Part shown: one piece after another, positions 1 through 11,287 of the stretch
Layout of the letters: each line of letters opens with the position of its first letter
How positions within the stretch are numbered: position 1 is the stretch's first letter
Source: Elsinoe ampelina
Lineage: Eukaryota
Assembly (NCBI GenBank): GCA_010093995.1
Contig: ML992510.1
Location: 951,845-1,015,844, forward strand
Direction: 5' to 3'
DNA length: 64,000 nucleotides
The notes under the pieces: model-generated
The model's database searches: none
What the model was told of the DNA's origin: nothing
Seen by the model: only the letters and a program-made list of their open reading frames with translations
Made by a program: the position numbers and the translations under genes

Positions 1-363
1 AATAGTAATTAGCTAAAGGCCTATTGATTTAATTAATGTAATTAGCTTGTTTAAGCCGTTTAAACTGTTTAATTAAAGGGTTAATGCGGGCTACTGTAAG
101 TGTTTGTCTTAATATAGCTAGTCTAGAATTCAGTGTAGGTGGCTTAGTAATTCTTTTAATAATAACACGCTTAATTTGCTATAGCTTTAAGTGCTTTTGT
201 AGAAGCGCCGGGCTTATAACCTGTTATAACTAGCAAATCGGATCGAGAGACGTGTGTTTTATTCAGAGAGTTACAATAACCGATTTATCTACTGTGCGTG
301 TGCTGACTCATCAGTACCAGTTCTTCAGTACCAGAGAAGCTGTACCAGCCTTCCATTACAACA
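1..363 (-). mobile_element. 5' end of a RIP-mutated Ty1/copia LTR retrotransposon running off the left edge (LTR 222-363, PBS 210-221)
   Basis: 222-363 is bounded by TGTTATAA...TTACAACA (inverted termini, one TpG->TpA change). Adjacent 210-221 GGGCTTATAACC reads GGTTATAAGCCC on the minus strand, nearly identical to the PBS of the complete element at 56825. Positions 1-209 are AT-rich and TpA-rich, as expected after RIP. Confidence 0.8.
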
Positions 364-655
364 TCGGTTCCCAGGGCATGGACGCACCGGATTCACGACT
401 GACGTCACACCACCGGCCATCTTCAGGTGCCTGGCATCTCCAAGTTTCCTACTATTTTGATCCATATCTTAGCATGGCGTGATACTCATCTCTGACTTCC
501 ACCGAGAGGTCTTGCCAATCCAGATCCCCATTGGCTTTAATTTCTCTCTTCGCAGTTCACTCTGGCTCGGCCATGCTTGGTGGTGGACGATGATCATCAC
601 TTTCGACCATTTCCTTGCTTTTGTTATCTTTCGGTCACAGTAATATAAAGTCATC

Positions 656-2740
656 ATGCCACACATACCCGGCATAGCTCAAAGCTCGGTGGTCAAGGGT
701 CTCCAAGGTGGCCGCGAGCAACCTGCAAGGTCCGGAGGGGTGACTGGCAAAGTCAAGAACAAACCTGCCAGGGTTCGACCTCCTCGTGGTATCCGGGATG
801 GACTACTGGGTATTGTCAAGCACTTGCCGGGATACTCTGGGCCTTATAACGTCGGGACCATGGAAATCGAGATACCAGTCGAATCACCAAAGACCTTCTC
901 ACATATCACGCGACATGGGCGGCACATTCTTCACCTAAAGACCGTCCTATTTACCATGTACTACCCCGCTTCTCATCCTCCTCCGATCACTACTGAGGAC
1001 AATGGCTCGACAAAGGTCCACTACTCACATCATCCATCACGCCAGCTGTGGCTGGGACGACCCAGGGTTGGCATGATGCATGGGTACAGCAAATTCGCCT
1101 CCCTGAACTGGATCGGAATGCCAATGTTCTTGCCTGTTTGCTGGACCAAGTTGCCCGCATGGAGGAATGCGCCATTGTCTGATCAGGTACCTGCCCGGGG
1201 AGTGCGAGTATCAACTGGGAAACGGAGGCAAGCTAGGAGGAAAGAAGAACGACGTACCAACCCGGACGATCCAAACGACAAGCCCGTCTATCCTTTGATC
1301 ATCTTCAGTCACGGTCTGGGTGGCACTCGGACTATGTACTCGTCTATCTGTGGTGAGCTGGCATCTTACGGGTTTGTCGTATGTGCAATCGAGCATCGTG
1401 ATGGCTCCGGACCACGTACTTACATCAATCGAACCACAACTCTTGGGACCCAAGAGCTCGCCGACGAGAAGCTCGGCCACAGTATTGACCGTGGTCCGCT
1501 CAAGGTCAGGAAGGATTGTGATGTCGTGGATTATGTCTTTCCACAAGACAATGCCTATGACACCTCACCGGACAATGAGAAAGGGGTAGATCGTGAACTA
1601 CGAGACCACCAAATTGAGCTTCGCATGGCCGAGGTCGAGCAAGTGTACAGAATACTTGGCGAGGTCAATGCTGGTCATGGTCAGTCTATCACAGAGCGCA
1701 ACCTGCGCTGTAAGGGACACACAGGATCTTCTTCCCATGGTCTTTCTGGAGTAGACTGGGACCATTGGACAGGTCGAATGCATCTCGAGAGTACCACGGT
1801 CCTCGGGCACTCTTTCGGTGCGGCGACTACGGTCGAGCTGCTTCGCCATCGGGATCGCTTCCCGTACCTCACCCAAGGTATCATTCTCGACATTTGGTCG
1901 GCCGGTACTCGCCCGACAAGAGATGAGTCTGACAGGCATCGCCTATCTGTACCACTCCTCGCCATCAATACTGAAGCCTTCACTTACTGGCCAGACAACT
2001 TTTCCTTCGTGTCCAAAATTACTGGAGAAGCAAATGGAGCACCTACTTGGCTCACGACGATCCGTGGCACCATTCACATGTCTCCTTCTGACTTTGTCTT
2101 ACTCTACCCACGCACATGCTCATTCTTCCTAAAATCTACGGCCGAACCCAAACGAGCTCTAGACCTGCACATAGATCAGTGCCTGGCATTCCTGCACACT
2201 ATACTTCCATCTCACATGACGGAAGCCTTCGCACACGCGTATCCTAAGGATGTCGTGCTAAGCGATACACCAATACAGAGACTCGAGGAGATTCCAAGCG
2301 GTATCAAGCGAGTACCAGAGACAAAGTACATGGCTTCGCGGCTGAAGATGAAGTCGGAATGGAAATGGTGGTTGGCGCCGACCTACAAGGTTGGTCATAA
2401 ATGGATAGAGGGAAGCAACAAGGAAGCGGACGTTGGAGAAGTATGGGTGCACGGAAGACCGGAGGAGGGGGAGGTGGAAAGATGGATAAGCAGAATGTAC
2501 GAGAAGGGTGATCTGAAAAGAGACCTTGAGAACAGGGAAGACCCTTCGCAGGACGAAGACCGGAATAGTAATACCACAGTGGAAAGAGAAGAGACAGACG
2601 GGGATGAGGATGATGGCACGCGCATGGAAGAGATTACCGGAGGAGAAGAGGCCACAAGCCCTCGAAATAAAGGCCTTGAGTCCACAGGCTCGAGTGCGAC
2701 GCAGGTGGATAGTAGAGGTGCCGGCGCGGATGTATCTTAG
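656..2740 (+). CDS. Platelet-activating factor acetylhydrolase II-like alpha/beta hydrolase
   Basis: 694-aa ORF with IIFSHGLGGTRTMYS..CGELASYGFVVCAIEHRDGS, nucleophile motif GHSFG, and an acidic C-terminal tail. Confidence 0.9.
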   Translation: MPHIPGIAQSSVVKGLQGGREQPARSGGVTGKVKNKPARVRPPRGIRDGLLGIVKHLPGYSGPYNVGTMEIEIPVESPKTFSHITRHGRHILHLKTVLFTMYYPASHPPPITTEDNGSTKVHYSHHPSRQLWLGRPRVGMMHGYSKFASLNWIGMPMFLPVCWTKLPAWRNAPLSDQVPARGVRVSTGKRRQARRKEERRTNPDDPNDKPVYPLIIFSHGLGGTRTMYSSICGELASYGFVVCAIEHRDGSGPRTYINRTTTLGTQELADEKLGHSIDRGPLKVRKDCDVVDYVFPQDNAYDTSPDNEKGVDRELRDHQIELRMAEVEQVYRILGEVNAGHGQSITERNLRCKGHTGSSSHGLSGVDWDHWTGRMHLESTTVLGHSFGAATTVELLRHRDRFPYLTQGIILDIWSAGTRPTRDESDRHRLSVPLLAINTEAFTYWPDNFSFVSKITGEANGAPTWLTTIRGTIHMSPSDFVLLYPRTCSFFLKSTAEPKRALDLHIDQCLAFLHTILPSHMTEAFAHAYPKDVVLSDTPIQRLEEIPSGIKRVPETKYMASRLKMKSEWKWWLAPTYKVGHKWIEGSNKEADVGEVWVHGRPEEGEVERWISRMYEKGDLKRDLENREDPSQDEDRNSNTTVEREETDGDEDDGTRMEEITGGEEATSPRNKGLESTGSSATQVDSRGAGADVS

Positions 2741-3247
2741 CGATGATACCCACATTGTACTCCTGAGGCGATTCGTAGTAGGGTCCTTCGGGATGGAAAT
2801 AGTACCACCAATACATTGAATAGTTGAGCGTATGTCAGGATAGTCATGTCGATGTAAGACCGGTATTGAATTGCGTGCAGTGACATTGTCTTCGCGATGA
2901 TATTGTTGAAGACGGGAGGATACCATGGACGGACAACAAGGTTACTGTACCCCTCCATGAATAGGCGCGCGGCAATTTCCTTAGTCAGGCAGCTTTGCCG
3001 ATCGATGCTTCAGTATTCAGAACAGCTTCATCCATCCTCACTTCTGTTTGAAAGAAGTCCACTTTGTCGACCACGCACTCGTCCTCCGTGCTTAGTACGA
3101 CCATCTCTTCGCTCCCACCAAGTCCTCTCTCATTCACCTGACTGTCCAACATAGTTCCGCAAGCCTCAGCATCAGATCACATGCCCATGTTCTGCACAAC
3201 TCACTTCACCAAGTCAACCTGAGACGCAGCTCAGGGCCGTCTATCCG

Positions 3248-4989
3248 ATGCCGTCACTTAAGCGCAGAGCGGACAACACGGACGACTCTGCATCGCGCAA
3301 AAGGCATAACACGAGACGCACTGCCACGGCTGAACCGGAGCAGCAACCAGAAGAATCAAATCCCATGGAGGTACCCATCAGGGGCGGGTCTGTGTCCGAG
3401 CCTGTGGCAGCAGAGACTGCGCCTACTAACGACGAACATGTGAAGGTATGCCATGTTGTTCAACCCTCACAAGCTCATGGTTGACGATTTTCAAGACACT
3501 CAAGCTGTTACACGATGACTTTGATGTGCTACGCCAAACACTCACGTGCAGGATTTGCGAGAAACTCTTCTATGAACCATACGTTCTCCATTGCGGCCAC
3601 ACATACTGTTACCGCTGTCTATCAACATGGTTCAACTCGAATGCGAAAATGTCATGTCCGAACTGTCGGGTGAGAATCACACAGATACCAGCGCCGTCAT
3701 ACGCCATCAAAGACATGGTGATAGTCTTCATGAAGCGGGCGGAGCTTCTACCGGACGGAGAAACAGTGCAAGAGCATGAGACCTGGCGGAAGGAAGAGGA
3801 AGAGCATCTGGCGGCGGACAAGAACAACACGGACCCACGAGTAGGTGGACTCTTCAAGGGACGCTTCAACGGTAGAAGAGGAGTGCTGAGACCTCTGGTG
3901 GATCCCTCGGATAATGTCGCGAGATGTCCGTCATGTCACTGGGAACTTGAGGATGAGTCCTGTCCTAATTGTGGACTACACTTCGACAGCGAAGGATTCG
4001 AGTCTGGCAGTGACGACTACGACTCCCTGGATGATCCGGATGACATGGACGGTGATATCGACGCCGCGGATGACGATGGATCAGCTTGGGGCTGGGGTGC
4101 AGATCTCGACAGGATGGATGGCATTGGAGGACACAGCGATGCTTCCAACTCGGACTATGGTGGAGATGCTGCGTTCCAGATGGACATGCGAGGCTACAAT
4201 GTGAGAGAACAGGTCCAGAACGCCATGCAGAACCTTAATCAGGCAAACGCTCGGAGATTGTACGCTGCTATGGGGAACCCTAATCATCACCGACCACACG
4301 CCTTTCACAACAATGGCTGGCCAGTAGTCCCTGCTGGCGTTCGCAATTTGAACCATGAGGATGACCACGACGAACAGGAAGACGAGGAAGAGGACGATGA
4401 CGAAGATGCTGGGTCAATGGACGGTTTTGTTGTCAATGACAATGAGTCGGAAGTGGCGGCCAGTCATCGGAGTATCAGCTCGGACGATGATGATACAGAG
4501 CGACCCAGAGTCGGTGCCAGAAGACGGGTACCGGCCGAAGACGAAAGCGAGAGACACTTTCCCTGGGCTACGGCACCATCACGCCGCTCAAGACGTGTCG
4601 TAGAATCTTCGGACGACTCTTCTGACGACAGCGACAGCAGCGACTCCAATTCTGACGATAGCAGCGATTCCGACTCGACCCCTGGCAACAGTCAGAGGAA
4701 TCCCGAAGTGCTCGATGGATCATCATCCGACTCGGAAAGCGACTCGGTGGACTCTGAACGACATTACCATGGACAACCTCTTCAGCACATGTCTTCGAGC
4801 ACGGCGGACGACTCTGATGATGAGCCGCCTCGACCAGCGGTGCCTACCCGTCGGATGAACCAGGCTCAGTCCCAAAGGCGACGACAGCCGCAATTTCAGA
4901 GTGCCGGCAGGTTGAATCCGAGGACCAATGTCGCCCGTTCAGGTCGCCAAAGGAATGACCAGGGAGTGATTGATCTGGCTTCTCCTTGA
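3248..4989 (+). CDS. RING-finger E3 ubiquitin ligase with acidic low-complexity C-terminus (Psh1-like); intron 3446-3495
   Basis: C3HC4 RING CRIC..CGHTYC..C..CPNC plus a second CPSC..CPNC cluster. A GTATGC...AAG intron joins ORF 3248 in frame to ORF 3448. Confidence 0.85.
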
Positions 4990-5448
4990 AGAGGATTGCA
5001 CTGTACATTCGCTGGTGGTCAAGAGTAGAGAGGACAAGCTGACTTTGGGGTCAGCCACTTGGGCATACCGAGATCTCTATACGACATGCCTCAGCGTCTG
5101 TATATCAAGCAGCATCTTCATTTACAAGTCTGCATCACGGGAGAGCAGGGAATACGCTAGCGAGGAGTATGATACCACGGAGAATTTAGAGACAATGAGA
5201 ATCATGATTGAATTATCCTGCAGTAGTCAATTGATGCTTAGTGATCCGTTTATATACAGCAAGCTTCCGCCAGATCTGCCTCGGCCGCAGATCCTCATGC
5301 GGGGTCCCCATCCCCCAGCATGATGAGAAGATGCACTCCCACGCTCCTCGTCCTCGGTCCATCATTCGATTGCGCCATACAAATCATCACCATTCCTCTA
5401 CCTTACTAGACCCCGCGATTGCGTGATCAGTCTACCATTGTAACAATT

Positions 5449-6448
5449 ATGGCTCCGCCAAAGCTCACCGTCTACATTGACATTGTCAGCCCCTTTGGCT
5501 ACCTCGCCTTTCATGTCATCAACGTAAGCCGCCTCCACTCCTCATAAGCAACATCAATATCCTTCAGAGCATCGTGCTTCCGTCCCGCCTCACTGACATG
5601 GACCGTTTCAGACCTCGCCAATTTTCAAGTCATGCGAAGTCAAATACGTCCCCGTCCTACTGGGCGGGATCATGAAAGCATGCAACAACACGCCACCACT
5701 CAGGATCAAAAGTATGTCTCTCCAGTCCATGCACCATCGGGTCGTACAAGGGCAGCTGACATGAACAGACAAGGACAAGTGGGTCAACAAGGACCGCCTG
5801 CGATGGGCCGAGAAGTTCAACATCCCCATCTCTCAGAAGACTCCGGAAGGGTTTCCGCATAATACTGTCTCTGTAGGTCTCCCATCCTCTGTTCTACCGC
5901 CGTCGCCTCTTCTCCTTTCCATTCACCTGTCCCCTCCTCAGTCCTTGCCAAGCCAGGTCCTGGCAGTCTTCCGCACTGCGGCCAAACGGACACAGCTGAC
6001 CGTTACAGCCAATGCGCGCCCTCTCAGCCCTCCAGCTCTCCAGCCCGGAGAAGCTACCCGCCGCCATCACGGAGCTGTACAAAGCCTACTGGGTCGACGG
6101 TCAACAAATCGACCAGCCAGACGTATACGGCGGTGCTCTCGAGAAGGCGATCGGGAGCGAAGAGGCCAAGAAAGTGGTTGAAGCTGTACGTCCCCCCCTT
6201 TTACCCAATTCCTATCGTCCGAACACCCCTCTGACAAGTCCTAGATCTCAGACCCCGATGTCAAGCAACATCTTGCGAAAAACACCGACGAGGCTCTCGC
6301 GAGCGGCGCTTTTGGTATGCCTTGGATCCTGGCGACGAATGCGCAAGGCCAGACGGAAGGGTTCTGGGGGTTCGATCACTTGGGGTTGGTGATGGATTTT
6401 CTTGGGTTGGAGAGAGGTGGGGGGAGGGAGACACGTTCCCTTTTGTAG
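5449..6448 (+). CDS. Glutathione S-transferase kappa / HCCA isomerase (DSBA-like); introns 5524-5611, 5712-5768, 5873-6008, 6186-6244
   Basis: The spliced product starts MAPPKLTVYIDIVSPFGYL, contains PVLLGGIMKACNNTPP and GAFGMPW...FWGFDH, and ends RETRSLL. All four introns are GT-AG and keep frame. Confidence 0.9.
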
Positions 6449-6860
6449 ATGTTCTATAGGCATGTCCCTGGGAGGGATAGATTGCTTGGAGGGCAGATTG
6501 GGGGAATGAGTGGGAGAGGTGCAGAGGGATGGGATGAATGCGGATGCGACTTTGGATCCAAGGCAGGGGGCCAAAGGGGGTTCCAGGGGTGCTGGGACAC
6601 GATGGCAGGAGAGGACAAAGTGGAACGGAGGGGAAAGGCATGCGATGGCTGCGGGCAGGACGGGAGTGTGACAAGATCGACAGACAGAGATGCATCCGGC
6701 GTGATCATTAGTTTCACATTCGGTGGCTGGGGGTGGTATCTCTTGTACATATAGTACAGTACACAGGTGCAGAACTGTATCGACCTTTTTACCTCCGCGC
6801 CGGTTCCATTCATTCGAGTCCATCTATACTTTCATGACGCCAGAACCCCGGTCGGTGGTC

Positions 6861-8609
6861 TCACATCCTCTCTCGTTTCCGAGGAGCGGCTCTTATGATG
6901 TTGTCGACTCTCAGTAATAGCTATTCGATGTAAGTGGCTTGTCAATCAACCCACCCCACAGGGCATTGAACTCACCTCCGCTGCTTCACTGGCGCTCGAC
7001 ACCACCGCTCGCTTGAGCTTATAGCTCTCCACCACACCAAGCTCTCTCATGTCCGCCACTCCGCCGCCAGGCGTGAGAAGATCCAACCCACTACTCGTCA
7101 TGCCGTTGTAGATCGCCTTCCGCAGCCTCGCCACGAGCTCACTGCTGTCCAGACCCGCGTTGTCGGCGAGGATCGTCGGGAGCTGTCTGAGTGCCTTTGC
7201 AAAACCTTCCACTGCCAGCGCCTTCTTGCCGCCCACATTCTGCCCCGCCAGATCCACTGCCTTGGCCATATTCATCTCCGCGCAGCCGCCACCGAGCGTC
7301 GTCTTGGGGTTCGCGACTGTTTGGGAGAGGACGGCGAGTGCATCGTGGAGCGAGCGCTCTGCTTCGTCGAGAAGCTGTTCTGTTGCGCCACGGAGGACGA
7401 CTGTGCATGCTCTGCCTGCTGCGACGCCGGAGAAGCGGATGAGGTTGTCCTCGCCGATGATAACTTCCTCGATCAGGTCGCAGTGTCCTAACTTCACGGT
7501 CTCGGGATGGTCGAATGTGCTTGCTACTTCTGCGCCGGTCACGAGTGCGAGACGCTCGACACCGTCAAAGTCTGCGTGCTCGATGCTTGCGATGCCGGCG
7601 TCGGAGAAGAGCTGTTCGGGCCAATTGTAGATGAGTTGTCGGTTGACGAAGCAATTGATGCCGTGTGCCTTTATGCGGTCGACTTTGCCTCGCATCTTTT
7701 CCCGCTCTGCCTTCTCCAGCTCCGCAAGCTTGCCTGTTGATTCCACCTTCATCCTTGCACCAAAGATCTTGACCTTGTCCGTGTCCATGGCCGTGTTGGC
7801 CACTAGAATCTTTGCATTCTCTATCCGCTTAGGCTGGTTGACTCCGAACTTCTTGTCGAGAATGAAACCTGAATCGAGATATGAATCGGAGAGCTTGCCG
7901 CCTGCCTTCTTGATGATCTGGATGTGAGTGAGGTCGGTCGATCCCTTCATGCGGAGTACGGCGTCCACTGCGAGCTCGGCGAAATACTGTCGATCCTGCG
8001 AAAGAACCTTTGAAGAGAGTGTGGTACGCGCGATTGCAAGCAAGTCTTTCCGGAAAGCCTCTGGATTCTTGCTGTTGTCCACTGCCAGCTCAGATAAAGC
8101 CTTGAGAGAGGCATTGCTCGCTATCCGGTATCCCTCAATGATGGTCTGTGGGTGAATCTTCTGGTTCACCAGCTGCTCCGCCTCTCGGAGAAGTTCTGCT
8201 GCAAGCACTGCTACTGATGTGGTTCCATCTCCTACCTCGTCGTCCTGCACCTTCGAGATATTCACCAGTACCTTTGCAGCCGCATTGTCCAGTGCTATCG
8301 ATTTGAGGATCGTAGCGCCGTCGTTCGTGACCATGATCTCGCCAGTGGAGCTGCAGGGACATTAGTTTGAGGGTAGCTGGAATGGTCGCATGACCTAGTA
8401 CCCTGATTGTAAGATCTTGTCCATGCCCTTTGGTCCCAATGTGCTCTTCACAAGATCGCCGACTGCAATGGCTCCAACGAACGCCGACAATCGAGCATTC
8501 TCTCCCTTTTCTTCGATCACATCTTCCGCAAAGATCTGTGTTGGATTTTGGTAAGACTGGATTTGTGGTCAGTGAAGCTCGACGGTGGATTTTCAATACC
8601 ATATACCAT
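6861..8609 (-). CDS. CCT2: T-complex protein 1 subunit beta (CCT/TRiC); introns 8606-8557, 8401-8351, 6975-6921
   Basis: Chaperonin motifs [21 protein letters not shown] and EVGDGTTSV. The last exon encodes [19 protein letters not shown]. Confidence 0.97.
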
Positions 8610-8830
8610 CTTGAGTGACCGATCGTTACCAAGATTCCGGAAGAGCGCGGAAGAGCGATTTGAGTCCTTTGTGATGCTGAAGTTGAAGCTCTTCAGGTGC
8701 TTCTGTGAAATTTCGCGTCAAGCTACGCGGTCAAAAAGTTGGGCTTGGCGCAAAGCTCCGCCGTCATCAACCTGAGTCGCAAATCTTCTTTCTCAAAATA
8801 ATTGCATGCGCATTTGTACTGGAACTCGAC
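8610..8830. promoter_or_regulatory. Compact divergent promoter region shared by CCT2 and SAD1
   Basis: About 220 bp separate the two head-to-head start codons (8609 minus, 8831 plus). Confidence 0.65.
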
Positions 8831-10540
8831 ATGGTCAAGAGACAGGCACAGGAGCCTCTGGAAGCAATTGGCGCGACAGACTCACCCCTACCGAAGCGCG
8901 CAAGGGTACAAGAAGTCCCGGACGAAGATCTACCACCCCCTCCACCTCCGCCGGAGCTGTCAAATGGGCATGTAGGACAGACTACTCAGGGCAACGGCAA
9001 TGGACTCGCAAATGGTCGACACGAGGTTGTAGAGGATGCAGACGTCGAAGACGCTGAATACGACGAGCCGGCAGTAGCAGCACCAGCACGTCAATCAAAA
9101 CCGACAGAAGGATATGGGGATCTCTACCTGGACACAATCAATCGATCACTCCTGGACTTTGACTTTGAGAAGCTATGTTCAGTCACATTATCGAATATCA
9201 ATGTCTACGCATGCCTGGTGTGCGGCACATACTTTCAAGGCAGAGGACCAAAGTCGCAAGCTTACTTTCATGCGTTGGAGATCGGTCACCATGTCTACAT
9301 CAATCTGAGCACGAAGAAGGTCTACGTTCTACCGGAAGGATATGAAGTGCAATCAAAGTCATTGGAGGACATTAGATTTGTCGTGGACCCAACATTCACC
9401 AAGGCGGACGTCACAAAACTTGACAAGCAGAGAGCGCCGGCATGGGACCTTCAGGGCAAGAAGTACAATCCTGGCTATGTCGGTATGAATAACATCAAAG
9501 CGAACGACTACTTCAATGCTGCTTGCCAGTCTTTGGCGCATGTAACGCCATTGAGGAATTTCTTTATGTTGGAGAACTTGACCGCGCGATCGGAGCTTGT
9601 CCAGCGGTTCAGTACCCTCATCAGGAAGATATGGAATCCGAAAGCTTTCAAGGCACATGTTTCGCCGCACGAGCTTCTGCAGGAGATCTCACAAAAGTCC
9701 AACAAGAAGTTTACCATGATTGAACAAGCAGATCCAGCCGACTTCCTCTTGTGGTTCCTCAACAGCCTCCATCTAGCCTTGGGTGGTAGCAAGACCAAGC
9801 CGAAGAGCAGCATCATCCAACATATCTTCCAAGGCCAGATGCGGATAGAATCACAACAAATCACAGCCAGAGCAGATGCTCAAGATCGGTTACGATTCGA
9901 AGATGCTGCGATTCAGTCAAAGACCAATCCATTCATGATCCTGACGCTGGACCTACCAGCAGCGCCACTATTTCAGGATGACCGAGAGACCAACATTATA
10001 CCTCAGGTGTCGCTCAATAGCGTCCTTGCAAAGTATGACGGTGTCCGCGCACAGGAAAGGCTCAATACTCGTTTGCGCTACCGGCTTCTGCATCCTCTAC
10101 CGCCGTACCTCATCATGCACATTAAGCGTTTCAGCCCGAACAAATTTTTGCAAGAGCAACGCAACCCTACGATTGTTACTTTTTCACCAAAGACCCTGGA
10201 TATGAGCCCTTACACCGAGCCAAATCCAGAAATACATCCTGTCGGCGAGCCGGTCCTGTATGACTTGGTTGCAAACACTACTCATGAAGGAGTTAGGGTT
10301 CGGGATGATAGCGTTGAAGGTGAAGCAGAGAAGAAAGTTTGGCGGGTACAACTGCTTGACCGAGGTGGAGTAGACGCGCAAGGCAAGCCAGAAGGAGAGC
10401 GATGGTGGGAGATCCAAGATCTGTTCGTCAGCCGTGTCGAGGCAGAGCTGCTCAGTACAAAGGAAGCATATATCATGATATGGGAGAGAAGGAAAGGGGG
10501 CGGAAACTCAGGCAAGGGCACGGCTCTACCAAAGAAGTAG
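8831..10540 (+). CDS. SAD1: U4/U6.U5 tri-snRNP protein Sad1/USP39 (zf-UBP plus catalytically inactive USP domain)
   Basis: LYLDTINRSLLDFDFEKLCSVTLSNINVYACLVCG zf-UBP. The Cys box reads GMNNIKANDY (Asp in place of Cys). ATG 8831 is preferred over the GTG start in the ORF track. Confidence 0.95.
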   Translation: MVKRQAQEPLEAIGATDSPLPKRARVQEVPDEDLPPPPPPPELSNGHVGQTTQGNGNGLANGRHEVVEDADVEDAEYDEPAVAAPARQSKPTEGYGDLYLDTINRSLLDFDFEKLCSVTLSNINVYACLVCGTYFQGRGPKSQAYFHALEIGHHVYINLSTKKVYVLPEGYEVQSKSLEDIRFVVDPTFTKADVTKLDKQRAPAWDLQGKKYNPGYVGMNNIKANDYFNAACQSLAHVTPLRNFFMLENLTARSELVQRFSTLIRKIWNPKAFKAHVSPHELLQEISQKSNKKFTMIEQADPADFLLWFLNSLHLALGGSKTKPKSSIIQHIFQGQMRIESQQITARADAQDRLRFEDAAIQSKTNPFMILTLDLPAAPLFQDDRETNIIPQVSLNSVLAKYDGVRAQERLNTRLRYRLLHPLPPYLIMHIKRFSPNKFLQEQRNPTIVTFSPKTLDMSPYTEPNPEIHPVGEPVLYDLVANTTHEGVRVRDDSVEGEAEKKVWRVQLLDRGGVDAQGKPEGERWWEIQDLFVSRVEAELLSTKEAYIMIWERRKGGGNSGKGTALPKK

Positions 10541-11287
10541 AGGCCGCTTTGACCATACAGACAGGGCCGAATGTAGCAGCCTTTGTCCAAGCTTCACGTG
10601 ATGTTGACCAGGCTTGAGCCTTTCACCGGTCAAGTAAGTCGATGCTCTTCAGGCCGTGAAAAGCAACGTGTGTTGTCTCTCTGCTAGAAAGGTGATGCCT
10701 TGACGAAATAGTGAGAGTTTTGTGGAGGTTCGTCGTTCGGCTGCGGACACCAGGACACTTTGGGGCTAGTGAAGTTTCTTGGTGCCCGCCCTTGCCGCTT
10801 TGACTCGGCCATGGAAGCGAAAAGAGCCAGAACACGTCGGGGAAAGGGTTCACTTTTTCGGCTGTGCCTTGGTCTATTTTGTCTCTCCGTCACCATACCT
10901 CAACCCTGACTTTCATCAAACCTCGACCTAGCCTCATGCTTTTGCACACACCACATTCACTGCCGTCCGAGCGCTATCATTGATTGTATCTACCGATCCT
11001 GCAGCAACCTTCCTTTTGCTCGACGTCACGCAACGCGTTTTTTCGAAACCGTTACAAAAGCTCCACCTTGGTCGCGTAAGCACGAGCCGATCTGCGTCAA
11101 TTCAGGAGAGCCTCGCACAGCTCCCTCCATCGATCTAAAATCCCCTCTCTTCCCACTTACATACCTCCTTTCAACCATTCAGTCTCCACAGGAATCGATC
11201 CTGGAGCAGTCCTCATCAACCGGATTGAGCTGGCTACTCCGCTGATGACATCAACATCATCTTTATCAACTTCGATGAAATAGCAGC

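Noticed and set aside
8705..8830. N-terminal extension of SAD1 from a GTG start
   Set aside because: Bacterial-style start in the ORF track; overlaps the divergent promoter, and the ATG at 8831 fits better.
9481..9520. SAD1 missing its catalytic Cys as a sign of pseudogenisation
   Set aside because: Loss of the catalytic Cys is the normal state of Sad1/USP39.
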